Below, piece after piece: positions 22,012 through 32,939 of a DNA stretch of 64,000 bases. Each line of letters starts with the position of its first letter. Position 1 is the first letter of the stretch. The notes beneath the pieces were generated by a model that made no database searches, was not told the DNA's origin, and was given only the letters and a program-made list of their open reading frames with translations. The position numbers and the translations under genes were made by a program. Source of the stretch: Bdellovibrionota bacterium (GTDB lineage: Bacteria; Bdellovibrionota_G; JALEGL01; DATDPG01); the NCBI GenBank assembly GCA_963668355.1, contig OY764265.1:800001-864000 (forward strand), given 5' to 3'.

Positions 22012-22768
22012 AAGACTTCACCAATTCAGACATGGCAGCAGAGAGGTTGGCTTCCGAAGAAACACGTTTCACCTTTTCTGTGGAGAAGGTCCCTTCATGC
22101 TTGGAAAAGTACTTTACTTTCACCAAACGAGCCCCGCCAATCGGAGGGGAAACAGAACCGACGAAAACACCATCCAAACTGTGTTGAGACAACAAACCCT
22201 TCACGGATGACTCAGAATCGGGGTTAATTCCCTTTCCTGTGACATTTCCTTGAAAATCGAACCCGCCGCTTTGCCTCAAATTGGAAATGAAATATTTCCG
22301 GGCATCCGCGAGAAAGGCTTCTCCAGGATTGGAGCCAGAAAAGTTGAGAACCGCGACTTTCTTCTGTCCCGAGATGGTGGATCCTTCCGTAGGAAGTTCG
22401 TCATCCAACGCCAAATCCAACAACTCGTCCCCGGGGTCTTTCATTTCTTGAGGCTGAGGAGCTGGAGCGCTTGAAGTACTCCAACGCTTATACGTGCGAA
22501 TATTTTTTTCTTCTACCCATCCGATGCCAATATTGTCATCCGGAGAACGACTCACCCGGACCCAACCTTTTCGTACTTTTCCCGGATCATCCACAACATA
22601 TATGGAATCCCCAACATTCAGACGCTCGGGCAATACTTCACCCGTATCCGTCGTAATGTCGACATTGTTGGCCGTCACAATTCCTGGGCTCACGCCAGCT
22701 TGGGCCCACAAAGAAGGCGCAAACAAAAGCGAAAGCAGGATTAAAAACCGAAAGCCTATTCTTGCCAT
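21986..22768 (-). CDS. secreted protein with SH3-like N-terminal domain
   Basis: GGAGGA SD, signal peptide, GW.RV and GWV SH3b-like pattern, alpha/beta C-domain. Confidence 0.6.
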   Translation of the reverse strand: MARIGFRFLILLSLLFAPSLWAQAGVSPGIVTANNVDITTDTGEVLPERLNVGDSIYVVDDPGKVRKGWVRVSRSPDDNIGIGWVEEKNIRTYKRWSTSSAPAPQPQEMKDPGDELLDLALDDELPTEGSTISGQKKVAVLNFSGSNPGEAFLADARKYFISNLRQSGGFDFQGNVTGKGINPDSESSVKGLLSQHSLDGVFVGSVSPPIGGARLVKVKYFSKHEGTFSTEKVKRVSSEANLSAAMSELVKSCVDEIAAF

Positions 22769-23187
22769 TCGAGTTGTTCCTCCGGAGCTTGTTTGTGGGA
22801 AACGATGACATCTCGGATGAATTCCGCGTTGTACGGAACATCGCGACCTAAGATCCGTCGATGGCATTTGTCACACGTTCTTCCGATATCCGCCGGAAGT
22901 TGGGGAGACACAACCAATTCGAAGTGACCGTCTTCTTTATTCTCCGCCCAGGGATTTCCTAGGTGGCACGTGTCACAACGATAATTGTGATTCCGCGCAA
23001 TAGGTTTCTGATACACATGACAAGGCAAACAGACACGTTCACTGCCCCACATTTGTTCAGCTTCACTTTTCGCTTTCACTCCCGAAGAACCGGCGCATGA
23101 GATCAACTGCAAACTCAAACAACCGCCAATCAACGTGAAGAAAGCAACCCTAATCCTTTTTTTCGTTCGATGCGTCAAAGTGCCCAT
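22756..23187 (-). CDS. triheme c-type cytochrome, probable lipoprotein
   Basis: CLPCH, CDTCH, CDKCH; LISC lipobox-like motif. Confidence 0.75.
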   Translation of the reverse strand: MGTLTHRTKKRIRVAFFTLIGGCLSLQLISCAGSSGVKAKSEAEQMWGSERVCLPCHVYQKPIARNHNYRCDTCHLGNPWAENKEDGHFELVVSPQLPADIGRTCDKCHRRILGRDVPYNAEFIRDVIVSHKQAPEEQLEWQE

Positions 23188-23228
23188 TAGTTTATCAAAA
23201 AATGTCTGTTTTCTGTATCATTTCAACC

Positions 23229-24710
23229 ATGACGACGCCTGGCTATGTTTTGGCCATTGACCAAGGAACCACGGGAACCACCGCAATTCTCTTCAATCAA
23301 GACGGCCAGATCATCGAAAAAGCGTATGAAGAGTTCTCCCAGTACTTCCCTCAGAGCGGGTGGGTCGAACATGACGCAGAAGAAATCTTTGAATCTGCGC
23401 TGTCGGTTTGTCGCGATCTCCTTCGAAAAACCCAAATCTCGCCAGAGCATATTGTAACAACCGGAATCACAAACCAGCGCGAAACCGTGGTCGTTTGGGA
23501 CCGAAGCTCTGGAAAACCGATTGCACCCGCCATTGTTTGGCAATGCCGTCGAACCACAGACATGTGCAAAGACCTAAAAAACCAAGGCCTTGAAAAGGAA
23601 ATCACAGCAAAAACAGGACTCATCTTGGACCCTTATTTTTCTGCCACCAAACTGGCCTGGCTTTTGGAAAACATTCCTGGAGCCAAGAAAAAAGCCGAAC
23701 AAGGAGAGCTTGCTTTTGGGAATATTGACAGTTGGTTGGTCTACTGTCTTTCCAAGGGGACGACACATGTCACAGACTTCACCAACGCCAGCCGAACCTT
23801 ACTTTTCGATATTCATCGAAAGAAGTGGTCTTCGCGGTTATGCGAAATTTTTGATCTTCCCGAATCTCTTTTACCCCGAGTCGTCCATTCTTCTGAAGAC
23901 ATCGCGAACATAGATGCCTCCTTTTTCGGCCATCCAATTTGCATTTCCGGAATGGCAGGCGACCAACAATCCGCCCTTTACGGCCACGGAGCCACAAAAC
24001 CAGGAATGACCAAATGTACATTTGGAACGGGAGCGTTCGCCGTGACCTACACCGGATCCAAAGCGGTAGACTCCAAACATGGTTTGCTTTCCACGCTGGC
24101 CTGCGACGACAACGGAAAACCAGCCTATGCCTTGGAAGGATCCATTTTCATGGCCGGAGCCACCATTCAATGGCTGCGAGACGAACTGAGGTTGATCCAA
24201 AAAGCTTCTGAAACGGAAGGAATTGCAAACTCCATTCAAGACACACAAGGCGTCTATTTGGTTCCAGCTTTTACGGGACTAGGGGCCCCCCACTGGGATC
24301 CAACGGCGCGAGGGGCTCTGGTAGGACTTACCCGAGGCACAAACAGGAGGCACATCATTCGAGCCGCTTTGGAATCCATTGCACACCAAACCGTAGATCT
24401 GGTTGAAGCCATGGAAAACGATTGTGGTGTTCCCATCCGAGAGCTTTGCGTGGATGGCGGAGCCATCGAAAATCAATTTTTGGCACAGCATCTTTCTGAT
24501 TTGTTGAACAAGCCCCTACGACGACCCAAGCTCTTGGAAATGACCGCTTTGGGAGCTGCAAAATTGGCTGCAAAGGCGAAATGTTTTTGGAATGAAAACG
24601 CCTCTCCCTCGTATCTGGAAGATTCATTTCTTCCCTCCATGTCATCATCTGAGCGCGACAAACTTCGGTCCGGCTGGAAACAGGCGGTGGACAGAGTCGT
24701 CAACACCTAG
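23229..24710 (+). CDS. glpK: glycerol kinase
   Basis: AIDQGTT, GWVEHD, NQRET, GDQQ, YALEG, FTGLGAP motifs. Confidence 0.97.
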   Translation: MTTPGYVLAIDQGTTGTTAILFNQDGQIIEKAYEEFSQYFPQSGWVEHDAEEIFESALSVCRDLLRKTQISPEHIVTTGITNQRETVVVWDRSSGKPIAPAIVWQCRRTTDMCKDLKNQGLEKEITAKTGLILDPYFSATKLAWLLENIPGAKKKAEQGELAFGNIDSWLVYCLSKGTTHVTDFTNASRTLLFDIHRKKWSSRLCEIFDLPESLLPRVVHSSEDIANIDASFFGHPICISGMAGDQQSALYGHGATKPGMTKCTFGTGAFAVTYTGSKAVDSKHGLLSTLACDDNGKPAYALEGSIFMAGATIQWLRDELRLIQKASETEGIANSIQDTQGVYLVPAFTGLGAPHWDPTARGALVGLTRGTNRRHIIRAALESIAHQTVDLVEAMENDCGVPIRELCVDGGAIENQFLAQHLSDLLNKPLRRPKLLEMTALGAAKLAAKAKCFWNENASPSYLEDSFLPSMSSSERDKLRSGWKQAVDRVVNT

Positions 24711-24725
24711 TCAACTCGTGGTATA

Positions 24726-26399
24726 ATGGAAATCTCGTCTTCTATGTCTGAACAACTCTCAACACTTCCCTGTCCCTTTTGTGCGGAACGAATCCAAGCC
24801 GAAGCCACACATTGTCGGTTCTGCCAAGCCGACATTCGGGCCCATCTACTCTTAAAAAGGAAAGTGGTTCGGTCTCAAGTTTCTCAAGCCACACGAGAGC
24901 TGTTCGCGCTTTTCGGCCCCGAGCGCGTTTCGACATACGGCACACTTCGAAAGCGAATGACACAGACCAAGAAACCCTTGGTGGAAGAAGCCAATCTTCG
25001 AGAATGTGAAGCCGCCAAACAGATCATTGAACACTATGGGGGACAAGTCACCTTTGTCCGAGCGAGAAACTCTGAATCCGCCGTTTCAACAGTTCGCCCT
25101 TCAACCTCTCGCGCGGTCGAAGCCGGGTCGTTTTTGGCGGCGTTGTTCGCCCTGGGAATTAGTCTTTATTATTACTTTGAACCCACATCGACCCCGGAAC
25201 CTTTGAAGGCAGAGAACGCTTCATCCCAGAAAATCGACATCAACATAAAACCCGATGCGCTTGAGCTTGAAAAACCGATCGAGCTTACGGAATCCAAAAA
25301 AGAAAAAGCCCTTCCGGATGCCCCCATTCATTTGAAGAAACTCATTGCGGCCACCGCCATGCTTTCCGGGAATGGCGTCACAGGTTCTGCCTTTTTCATT
25401 CATCCCAATGGATTTCTCATCACCAACCACCATGTCATTGACACCATGACCTCCATTGAGGTGACCACTTCGAACGGACAAAAGTACCCCGCCACGCTCC
25501 TTCGCAAAGATAAGGACTCTGACTTGGCCCTGATTCGTGTGGATGGAGGGGGTCCTTTCCCCACTTTGAGAATGGGTGATGCCACGAGTCTGGAGGTCGG
25601 AGAAACCGTGTGGACCATTGGAGCCCCTCACGGTCTTTCCTTTACGGTCACGAAGGGAATCGTCAGTTTTGTGGGTCGAAAAATCAAAGGACGCGCCTAT
25701 GTCCAAGCCGATGTCGCCATTAACCCAGGAAATTCTGGGGGGCCTATGATCAATCAAAAAGGGGAAGTGATCGGCATCAACAATTTCATCATTTCAAATG
25801 CACAAGGACTCAATTTCGCCATCCCCATCAATTATATTTACATGGGTCCTCATGCGATTTCCGCAGGCGTTTTAAATTTAGTTGAAGATAATTCCGTGAT
25901 GGCTTCTTGGCGAGAAGGGGAAGGAGCGTCGCAATCAAATGATTTTTCAACTGCCCCAAATTCGCCCCGTCCGAATTCAAACTTAAGTGGATTTAATCGC
26001 ATCATGAAACAAGTGAAGGAAAAGCAAAAAGGCTTTCTCCAAAGCACAAACCGGGAACAGGCTGAAATCACTAGACTTCAGAGGAGTCGGAACCAAGCTC
26101 AACAGCAGGCTCAAAGCGCTAGATCGATTTCGGAAGAAACCCGAATTCAACAAAGAATCGGGTCGCTCAACCAACATATTCTCGAAAAAGAAATTTTGGT
26201 CTTAGAACAAACCATTCGTTTCAGTTCAGACGCCGAAAGACTACTCAACCAAGCCCGAAATATGTTACAAATAGAGTCTACCCGTAGGGCGGGAATTGAC
26301 GCTGAGATTCAAAAACTTCGCCAAGCCATTCGAACGGCAAAAGCTCAAATAACGGCGAAGAAAGATGAACTCAGAACTGAAAAACAAAAAGTGTATTGA
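24726..26399 (+). CDS. zinc-ribbon, TM, trypsin-like serine protease with C-terminal coiled coil
   Basis: CPFC..CRFC; intact TNHHV, DLAL and GNSGG triad motifs. Confidence 0.88.
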   Translation: MEISSSMSEQLSTLPCPFCAERIQAEATHCRFCQADIRAHLLLKRKVVRSQVSQATRELFALFGPERVSTYGTLRKRMTQTKKPLVEEANLRECEAAKQIIEHYGGQVTFVRARNSESAVSTVRPSTSRAVEAGSFLAALFALGISLYYYFEPTSTPEPLKAENASSQKIDINIKPDALELEKPIELTESKKEKALPDAPIHLKKLIAATAMLSGNGVTGSAFFIHPNGFLITNHHVIDTMTSIEVTTSNGQKYPATLLRKDKDSDLALIRVDGGGPFPTLRMGDATSLEVGETVWTIGAPHGLSFTVTKGIVSFVGRKIKGRAYVQADVAINPGNSGGPMINQKGEVIGINNFIISNAQGLNFAIPINYIYMGPHAISAGVLNLVEDNSVMASWREGEGASQSNDFSTAPNSPRPNSNLSGFNRIMKQVKEKQKGFLQSTNREQAEITRLQRSRNQAQQQAQSARSISEETRIQQRIGSLNQHILEKEILVLEQTIRFSSDAERLLNQARNMLQIESTRRAGIDAEIQKLRQAIRTAKAQITAKKDELRTEKQKVY

Positions 26400-26451
26400 G
26401 CGAACCTCGATCGTTCAATCGTAAAAAGTTAAGAGTGGTAAGGAGGGTACC

Positions 26452-27087
26452 ATTCCTAAGAATAGCTGTACTTCTGAGCTCCGGATTGTTTCGGAACAAA
26501 CCGAAAAACTGTTCTTTCCCAAAGAATCCACGCGCAACCTCATTCGCTCTCTCGAAAGAAAGGATCGCTATACCGCCAGCCATTCCAGAAGAGTTCGTTT
26601 TTATGTTTCGTTGATTTTGGAAGGCATGGACGTTTCTCTTCATGAAGGGGTCATCATTCAAAAAGCTGCCCTCTTGCATGATATTGGGAAGCTTGTAATT
26701 GATTTGAGGTCTCTTCATCGAGTGGGGCCTCTCACACCAGAGGAAGTCCAACGTTTTCGGCTTCACCCCAAACGAGGACGGGAACTTTTAGAGATTGACC
26801 ATTCGTTCCATGAAGTTCTGCCTTTGGTTTATCACCATCACGAACGCGTTGACGGCAAGGGATACCCTGAAGGCATTTGTGGAGAGGAAATTCCTTTGGG
26901 AGCAAGAGTCATTGCAATCGCCGACAGTTTCGACGCAATGGTCAGCCATCGCGTATATCGAAAAGCGCTCACTCCCAAACTTGCGTTGGAGGAAATTCAA
27001 CGCTGTTCAGGAAGTCAGTTTGACAAAGAGCTTTCCGACTTATTCGCAAGCCAATTGCGAAAGCACATTGCGGAACAGCCGACCTAA
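26452..27087 (+). CDS. HD-GYP phosphodiesterase, probable ATT start
   Basis: In-frame KDRYTASHSRRV upstream of the track's TTG; LHDIGK; HHERVDGKGYP; TAAGGAGG SD 5 nt before ATT at 26452. Confidence 0.85.
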   Translation: MPKNSCTSELRIVSEQTEKLFFPKESTRNLIRSLERKDRYTASHSRRVRFYVSLILEGMDVSLHEGVIIQKAALLHDIGKLVIDLRSLHRVGPLTPEEVQRFRLHPKRGRELLEIDHSFHEVLPLVYHHHERVDGKGYPEGICGEEIPLGARVIAIADSFDAMVSHRVYRKALTPKLALEEIQRCSGSQFDKELSDLFASQLRKHIAEQPT

Positions 27088-27163
27088 GCAGGCCATATGC
27101 CATTTCCTAAGCTTCTTTTTTGGCATCCTTGCTGAATATCCGGCTACCGGTTAGTTTACGATC

Positions 27164-28519
27164 GTGGCCAAACGAAAGACGCATTTTATTTGTCAGCAAT
27201 GTGGGTATGACTCCCCCAAATGGCTCGGACGATGTCCGGAATGTCAGGAGTGGAATACCCTTACTGAGGAAACCGTGGCGACCACAACCCCTTCCGGTTC
27301 TCGAAGTAACCTTGGAATTACTTCTCGCCCCACCCTACTCAACGACATTTCTGAAAAAGATTTGTCACGCATCTGCTTGCCCATGACGGAACTCAACCGA
27401 GTTTTGGGAGGAGGTTTGACACGAGGGTCGGTGGTTCTTCTGGCGGGTGATCCCGGCGTCGGCAAATCCACACTTTTACTTCAGCTCGTCGGACAAATTT
27501 CAGATCAACATCCCAAAGGGGTGCTGTATGTCTCGGGGGAAGAATCTCTCACTCAACTCAAACAACGTGGAAACCGCTTGGGTATCGGTGGAGATCGCCT
27601 GGTCGTTTTGGCTGAAACCAATCTCATGGAGATCTTGACCCATCTGGAGAAAACGCAACCGGAGGTTCTGGTCATTGACTCCGTGCAAACCTTGTTTTGG
27701 CCCGAGCTCACGTCCATTCCCGGAAGTGTAAGTCAGGTCCGTGAAGTCGCGGATCGTTTGGTTCGTTTTGCAAAGGCCAGAAACGTTACCGTCATTTTGG
27801 TTGGTCACGTAACGCGAGAAGGAAGCATCGCGGGGCCCATGGCGCTGGAACATCTTGTGGACACGGTTCTTTTCTTTGAAGGAGAGAAGGGCCAGTCGTA
27901 TCGCATTCTTCGCTCCACCAAAAATCGTTTTGGCCCCACCAATGAGATTGGCGTGTACGACATGCATGAGTCGGGCTTGAGAGAAGTGGAAAACCCTTCG
28001 GAATTTTTTCTCAAAGACCGCCCGGAAGGAACTCCGGGGACTGTGGTTTTTCCTGCCATGGAAGGATCCAGGCCTCTCCTGGTCGAAGTTCAGGGATTGG
28101 CCGCCTCAAGTTCATATGGCGTTCCTCTGCGCAATGCCATCGGTTTTGACAAAAACCGTCTCACGATGCTTTTGGCGGTGCTGGAAAAAAGAGCGGGAAT
28201 GCAGCTCAGCGATCAAGACATTTATGTCAACATCGTGGGAGGCATTCGAATCACAGAAACGGCCGTGGATTTGGCCGTTATGGCCGCAGTGGTCAGCAGC
28301 TTTGTCGGAAAACGCCTACCCTTGAAATCCATTGTGTTCGGAGAAGTGGGCTTAACTGGAGAGGTTCGAGCCACGTCTCAGGGAGAGTCGCGCATCCGTG
28401 AAGCTGAGAAGTTGGGCTTTGGACGAGCCATCCTCCCGGCCAATAATGAATTTGAAAAGACACGACTGGAATGTCATGCCATTCAGAATGTGAATGACCT
28501 CATTGATTTGATCCGTTGA
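27164..28519 (+). CDS. radA: DNA repair protein RadA/Sms
   Basis: C4 zinc finger, GDPGVGKST, KNRFG, Lon-like C-domain. Confidence 0.97.
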   Translation: MAKRKTHFICQQCGYDSPKWLGRCPECQEWNTLTEETVATTTPSGSRSNLGITSRPTLLNDISEKDLSRICLPMTELNRVLGGGLTRGSVVLLAGDPGVGKSTLLLQLVGQISDQHPKGVLYVSGEESLTQLKQRGNRLGIGGDRLVVLAETNLMEILTHLEKTQPEVLVIDSVQTLFWPELTSIPGSVSQVREVADRLVRFAKARNVTVILVGHVTREGSIAGPMALEHLVDTVLFFEGEKGQSYRILRSTKNRFGPTNEIGVYDMHESGLREVENPSEFFLKDRPEGTPGTVVFPAMEGSRPLLVEVQGLAASSSYGVPLRNAIGFDKNRLTMLLAVLEKRAGMQLSDQDIYVNIVGGIRITETAVDLAVMAAVVSSFVGKRLPLKSIVFGEVGLTGEVRATSQGESRIREAEKLGFGRAILPANNEFEKTRLECHAIQNVNDLIDLIR

Positions 28520-28521
28520 TT

Positions 28522-31164
28522 TCAGATTTTACTCAAGACCGAGTCCAATTGAGCCAAGCGCAGAACGTTCACTGGAGGAACCTCTTCATTTAAAAGAGAG
28601 CGAAAGACTTCCCCAACACGAACCGACTCCGGAGTTGCAATCGAAAGTCTTAAAAAAAGACCCCTTGAATTTGAATCGGATAATAGGCGCATTTCTGGAA
28701 AAGACTCGTCTGCCAACTTCAGTTCCAGCACGCCCTTTCGTATATCCAAGGTTCGCTTCTTTCCCTTGCGTTCTCGTTCCACGAAAAGGTCTTCTTCAGA
28801 GTCAAAAATCTCCAGACAGCGATCCACAGACTCCTCATTCGCCAAAATTACGAGGTAATCGGCCGCAAATACCTCTTTCTGAAGAGGTCGATCCGTTGCG
28901 TCCAATTTTTTTGCTTGTCTGTAAATGATTCCTTGATCCGCAGTTCCATTGAGTTTCTCAAGAAGCTCCTGTTCAGAATATCTCTCGGACAGATTCACAT
29001 CGATGAACTCAGCGACACTCAATGTCCCCAAGGAGAGGGCCGGGCCGTACACCACTTCGGGTTTGGGATGAAAACCTTGAGTCAGAACCATCTCAATGCC
29101 TGCCCGTCGGAAATGACGGGGCAACATTCGAATGAGATCCAAGTGAGACACATACGAGGCTGGAGGAAGTTTGGAATAACAGATCCGGTACCGATGCTTC
29201 TCAAGCGAACGGGTGCGCTTTTGGCCTTCTGAAAAAAGCGCGTCGGTCTGCTTAAGAAACTCTTCACGCTCAGTTCTCATTTCGGACAAATCGCATTCCA
29301 CGCCACATTGATAACAGACAAGCTTTCGCTCATCCGCCTGATGCGTGGGAAGTGTCTGATGATGAATCTTATCCCCTTTTGGTTTTCCACAAGGCGGAGA
29401 GGTTTTGGTCTTCAATGCACGCTTATACTCCGTGACCAAATACGTTCGCTCAACCCCAGGATCAATATGATCCCATGGCAAGCGATCTTCCACGGAAAGT
29501 TCTTTTAAGTACAGGTGGGGGTCGACGCCCATCTCTTCGAAGGCTTCACGCCATTTTTCCAAGTCGAGATGCTCATCCCATCCATCCAGTCGACAACCTT
29601 TTTGGTAGGCTCTTTCAATCACATCGGCCACTCTTCGATCGCCACGCGCGAGGACTCCTTCCAAAAAACTAATGAGACGATTGTGTTTTCGGAAGTTGAG
29701 ACGCTGTTTCTTGCTGGCGAAGGCCACACGATCTTGCTTTTCAGCAATTTCTTCCAAAGTATCCATTTTTGCCCACTGAAAGGGCGTATGGGGTTTTGGA
29801 ACATGAGAAGAAATGGAAACCGTTACGCGATACCGGCCCCCCTTTTTCAACTCTCTCCCCAAGCGTTTGACTTTGCTGGCTAAGTCTACGATGCCGTCCA
29901 CATCTTCAAGCGTCTCCGTCGGTAGACCAATCATGAAATAGAGTTTGATGTTCTCGTAACCATGAGAAAAGGCTCGCCTAGAAGATTCCAAGATTTCTTC
30001 TTCTGATATGTTCTTCGCAACCACATCCCTCATGCGTTGTGAGCCAGCTTCGGGGGCAAAGGTGAGTCCACTGACCCGACCTTTGGCCAGCGCTTTCATG
30101 GTGTTTTCCGAAAGTCCATAGGCCCGCAACGAGGAAACGCTCATGCTGACATCTTGATCGGATAATTCTTCCGCAAGACCTTCGATGAGTGGAGATATGC
30201 ATGAATAGTCTGCGGTAGAAAGCGCCGTTAGAGAGGCTTCGTTATACCCTCCTTGAGAAAGACCTTCCAAAATTTGGGCTCGGACTTCCTCTGGACTCCG
30301 CTCTCTCACAGGGCGATAAATCATTCCGGCCTGACAGAACCGACACCCTTCCGTACACCCCCGAGCCAACTCGATGGACAAGCGATCAAAGACCGTTTCC
30401 GTAAACGCCACAGGGGAATTGGAAGGATAAGGATACTCGCTAAAATCATTCAAAAGCCTTCGTTGAATGGGCAGCGAACTCTTTTCATCCGACATATCCA
30501 CAACCCAATATCCCGTCTTCTTGTCCAGGACGGTGGGATGAAGTTGAGGGACATAAATTCCCTTCCAGGTGGAAAGGTTTTCTAAAATTTCCTTTCGGGA
30601 GGCCCCCTTTTCCTTGGCCGACGCCACAAACAGAGCCAATTCAGATGCAACCTCCTCCCCATCTCCCAGAACGAAAAAATCTACAAACGGCGCGAGAGGC
30701 TCCGGAGAGAAAGCACACGGCCCACCCGCCAGAACAATGGGATCGTTTTCGCTCCGATCTTGGCTTCGAAGAGGAATTCCACTTAAGTCCAACATATTTA
30801 GAATGTTGGTGTACGTCATTTCGTATTGGAGTGAGAATCCGATCAAATCGAATTCCTGGAGAGAAGTTCCTGTTTCCAAAGAACACAGGGGAATCTTCCG
30901 TCGTTTGAGTTCGGTTTCCAAATCCAAAGCGGGACAAAAAACGCGCTCCGCTGCAATATCAGGCTTTCGATTCAAGGCGTGGTAGAGAATCTTAAACCCC
31001 ATATGGGACATTCCGATCTCGTACAAATCGGGAAAAGCCAAGGCAACACGAACCCTTGGCTTCGATTTTCGGATGCTCTGGTACTCGCCACCCACGTATC
31101 GAGCCGGTCGCTCGATTAGGTGAAGAAAGTCTTTATAGGGGTGAGAAAAGTCTATTCGGTTCAA
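28522..31164 (-). CDS. TIGR03960-type radical SAM protein fused to a DUF2344/TIGR03936-like domain
   Basis: PARY.GGE, FPDLYEIGMSH.G, CTEGCRFC; C-terminal SHLD and GFHP.P. Confidence 0.88.
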   Translation of the reverse strand: MNRIDFSHPYKDFLHLIERPARYVGGEYQSIRKSKPRVRVALAFPDLYEIGMSHMGFKILYHALNRKPDIAAERVFCPALDLETELKRRKIPLCSLETGTSLQEFDLIGFSLQYEMTYTNILNMLDLSGIPLRSQDRSENDPIVLAGGPCAFSPEPLAPFVDFFVLGDGEEVASELALFVASAKEKGASRKEILENLSTWKGIYVPQLHPTVLDKKTGYWVVDMSDEKSSLPIQRRLLNDFSEYPYPSNSPVAFTETVFDRLSIELARGCTEGCRFCQAGMIYRPVRERSPEEVRAQILEGLSQGGYNEASLTALSTADYSCISPLIEGLAEELSDQDVSMSVSSLRAYGLSENTMKALAKGRVSGLTFAPEAGSQRMRDVVAKNISEEEILESSRRAFSHGYENIKLYFMIGLPTETLEDVDGIVDLASKVKRLGRELKKGGRYRVTVSISSHVPKPHTPFQWAKMDTLEEIAEKQDRVAFASKKQRLNFRKHNRLISFLEGVLARGDRRVADVIERAYQKGCRLDGWDEHLDLEKWREAFEEMGVDPHLYLKELSVEDRLPWDHIDPGVERTYLVTEYKRALKTKTSPPCGKPKGDKIHHQTLPTHQADERKLVCYQCGVECDLSEMRTEREEFLKQTDALFSEGQKRTRSLEKHRYRICYSKLPPASYVSHLDLIRMLPRHFRRAGIEMVLTQGFHPKPEVVYGPALSLGTLSVAEFIDVNLSERYSEQELLEKLNGTADQGIIYRQAKKLDATDRPLQKEVFAADYLVILANEESVDRCLEIFDSEEDLFVERERKGKKRTLDIRKGVLELKLADESFPEMRLLSDSNSRGLFLRLSIATPESVRVGEVFRSLLNEEVPPVNVLRLAQLDSVLSKI

Positions 31165-31493
31165 AAGCCTGACGATGGCGGTTCGTATCCGGGTGAAACG
31201 GGGGTCTCCGTTTCAGCACCTCGATCAACCATTTCCTTTAATTCTTTACCGACTTTGAAAAAGGGAAGCTTCTTTTCTTTCACTTCAACCTTTTCGCCCG
31301 TTTTGGGATTTCGTCCAACGTACGGTTTGTAATGCTTCACTTTAAAACTACCAAATCCACGAATTTCAATGCGATCTCCAGCCTTCATAGCCGCCGTCAT
31401 GGAATCAAAGACATGCGCCACGATCGTTTCGGCTTGCTTTTTTGAAAGCTTTCCCTGTTCAGCTAATTTTTCAATCAGGTCAGATTTTGTCAT
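31161..31493 (-). CDS. ihfB: integration host factor beta / HU-family protein
   Basis: MTKSDLI, IEIRGFGSF, GRNPKTGE, PFFK.GKEL. Confidence 0.85.
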   Translation of the reverse strand: MTKSDLIEKLAEQGKLSKKQAETIVAHVFDSMTAAMKAGDRIEIRGFGSFKVKHYKPYVGRNPKTGEKVEVKEKKLPFFKVGKELKEMVDRGAETETPVSPGYEPPSSGF

Positions 31494-31688
31494 GTCGTGG
31501 CCCCTTCATCGGGAGTTATAGATTTGAAATCATTCATGTAATCGACTTTTCGGTTTTCTTCTAAGAAAAATACCCGTCCATCACATAACGATGGTAATCA
31601 TTATAACATGTTGAATTTACAAAAGTAAATAGCTTCCACCCACGCTTCACGCACCGAACGATGCTTTAAGTCGTTGTTTTTACAGCGT

Positions 31689-32939
31689 TTACTGGTTCAT
31701 CGAATCCAAAAATTCGGCATTACTCTTGGTTTTCGTGAATTTATCCAAGAGGAACTCCATCGCATCAATGCCATTTAAGGGCTGCAATAATTTTCGAAGA
31801 ATCCAGATTCGTTGAAGGATGCTTTCATCCAACAAGAGCTCTTCTTTGCGCGTTCCAGATCGATTGATATCAATGGCCGGAAACATTCTTCGATCCGCCA
31901 ATTTTCGATCCAGTACGATCTCGCTATTTCCCGTTCCTTTAAATTCTTCGAAAATAACCTCGTCCATTCGAGATCCCGTATCCACCAAAGCCGTCGCAAC
32001 AATCGTTAGACTTCCACCATCTTCAATATTTCGAGCTGCACCAAAGAAACGTTTGGGACGATGGAGCGCGTTGGAATCCACACCTCCAGAGAGAATTTTC
32101 CCAGAGGAAGGAGCCACCGTATTGTATGCACGGGCCAATCGCGTAATGGAATCCAATAGAATGACCACGTCTTTTTTGTGCTCAACCAATCGTTTGGCCT
32201 TCTCAATCACCATTTCAGCCACTTGAACATGTCGTTGTGGAGGTTCATCAAAGGTAGAACTGACCACTTCGCCGTTAACCGTGCGTTCCATGTCCGTAAC
32301 TTCTTCCGGTCGCTCATCAATCAACAACACGAGAAGTTCCACTTCTGGATGATTCTTTGTGATGGATTTCGCAATGTTTTGAAGGAGAATCGTCTTTCCC
32401 GCCCGGGGAGGAGAAACAATGAGTCCCCGTTGTCCCTTACCAATGGGGCACAGGAGATCCATGATTCGCGTGGAATACTCTTTGGGAAAGGCCTCTAGCT
32501 TAAGACGTTCTTCTGGAAACAAGGGCGTTAGGTTGTCAAAGAGGATCTTATCTTTCGCCACTTCAGGTTTATCCGTGTTCACGGAATCCACTTTCAACAA
32601 AGCAAAATAACGCTCTGAATCTTTCGGAGGACGAATCGACCCCGTAATGGAGTCTCCTGTTCTCAACCGAAATCGGCGAATCTGAGAAGGGGAAACATAA
32701 ATGTCATCAGGACCTGGAAGATAATTGTATTCAGGGCCCCTTAAAAAACCAAAGCCATCGGGCAATATTTCCAATACGCCGTCAGCGATGATGGAGTCAG
32801 CATTTTCTTCCGTCGCTGCTTGCAATAAGGAAAAAATCAATTCCGATTTTCGTAGACCTCCAACCGTTTCAACGCCCATATCCTTGGCGATGGCTGCAAG
32901 ATCCTTCATGCTTTTTTCTTTAAGTTCCCTCAGATTCAT
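31689..32939 (-). CDS. rho: transcription termination factor Rho
   Basis: [44 protein letters not shown]. Start taken at MNLRELK. Confidence 0.98.
   Translation of the reverse strand: MNLRELKEKSMKDLAAIAKDMGVETVGGLRKSELIFSLLQAATEENADSIIADGVLEILPDGFGFLRGPEYNYLPGPDDIYVSPSQIRRFRLRTGDSITGSIRPPKDSERYFALLKVDSVNTDKPEVAKDKILFDNLTPLFPEERLKLEAFPKEYSTRIMDLLCPIGKGQRGLIVSPPRAGKTILLQNIAKSITKNHPEVELLVLLIDERPEEVTDMERTVNGEVVSSTFDEPPQRHVQVAEMVIEKAKRLVEHKKDVVILLDSITRLARAYNTVAPSSGKILSGGVDSNALHRPKRFFGAARNIEDGGSLTIVATALVDTGSRMDEVIFEEFKGTGNSEIVLDRKLADRRMFPAIDINRSGTRKEELLLDESILQRIWILRKLLQPLNGIDAMEFLLDKFTKTKSNAEFLDSMNQ

Noticed and set aside
26396..26614. 72-aa ORF or frameshifted HD-GYP N-terminus
   Set aside because: The HD-GYP N-terminal motif is already in frame with 26611, so no frameshift is needed.
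28522..31164. Radical SAM enzyme as RiPP maturase
   Set aside because: Widespread TIGR03960-type gene in housekeeping context, with no RRE or SPASM domain, separated from the cluster by rho.
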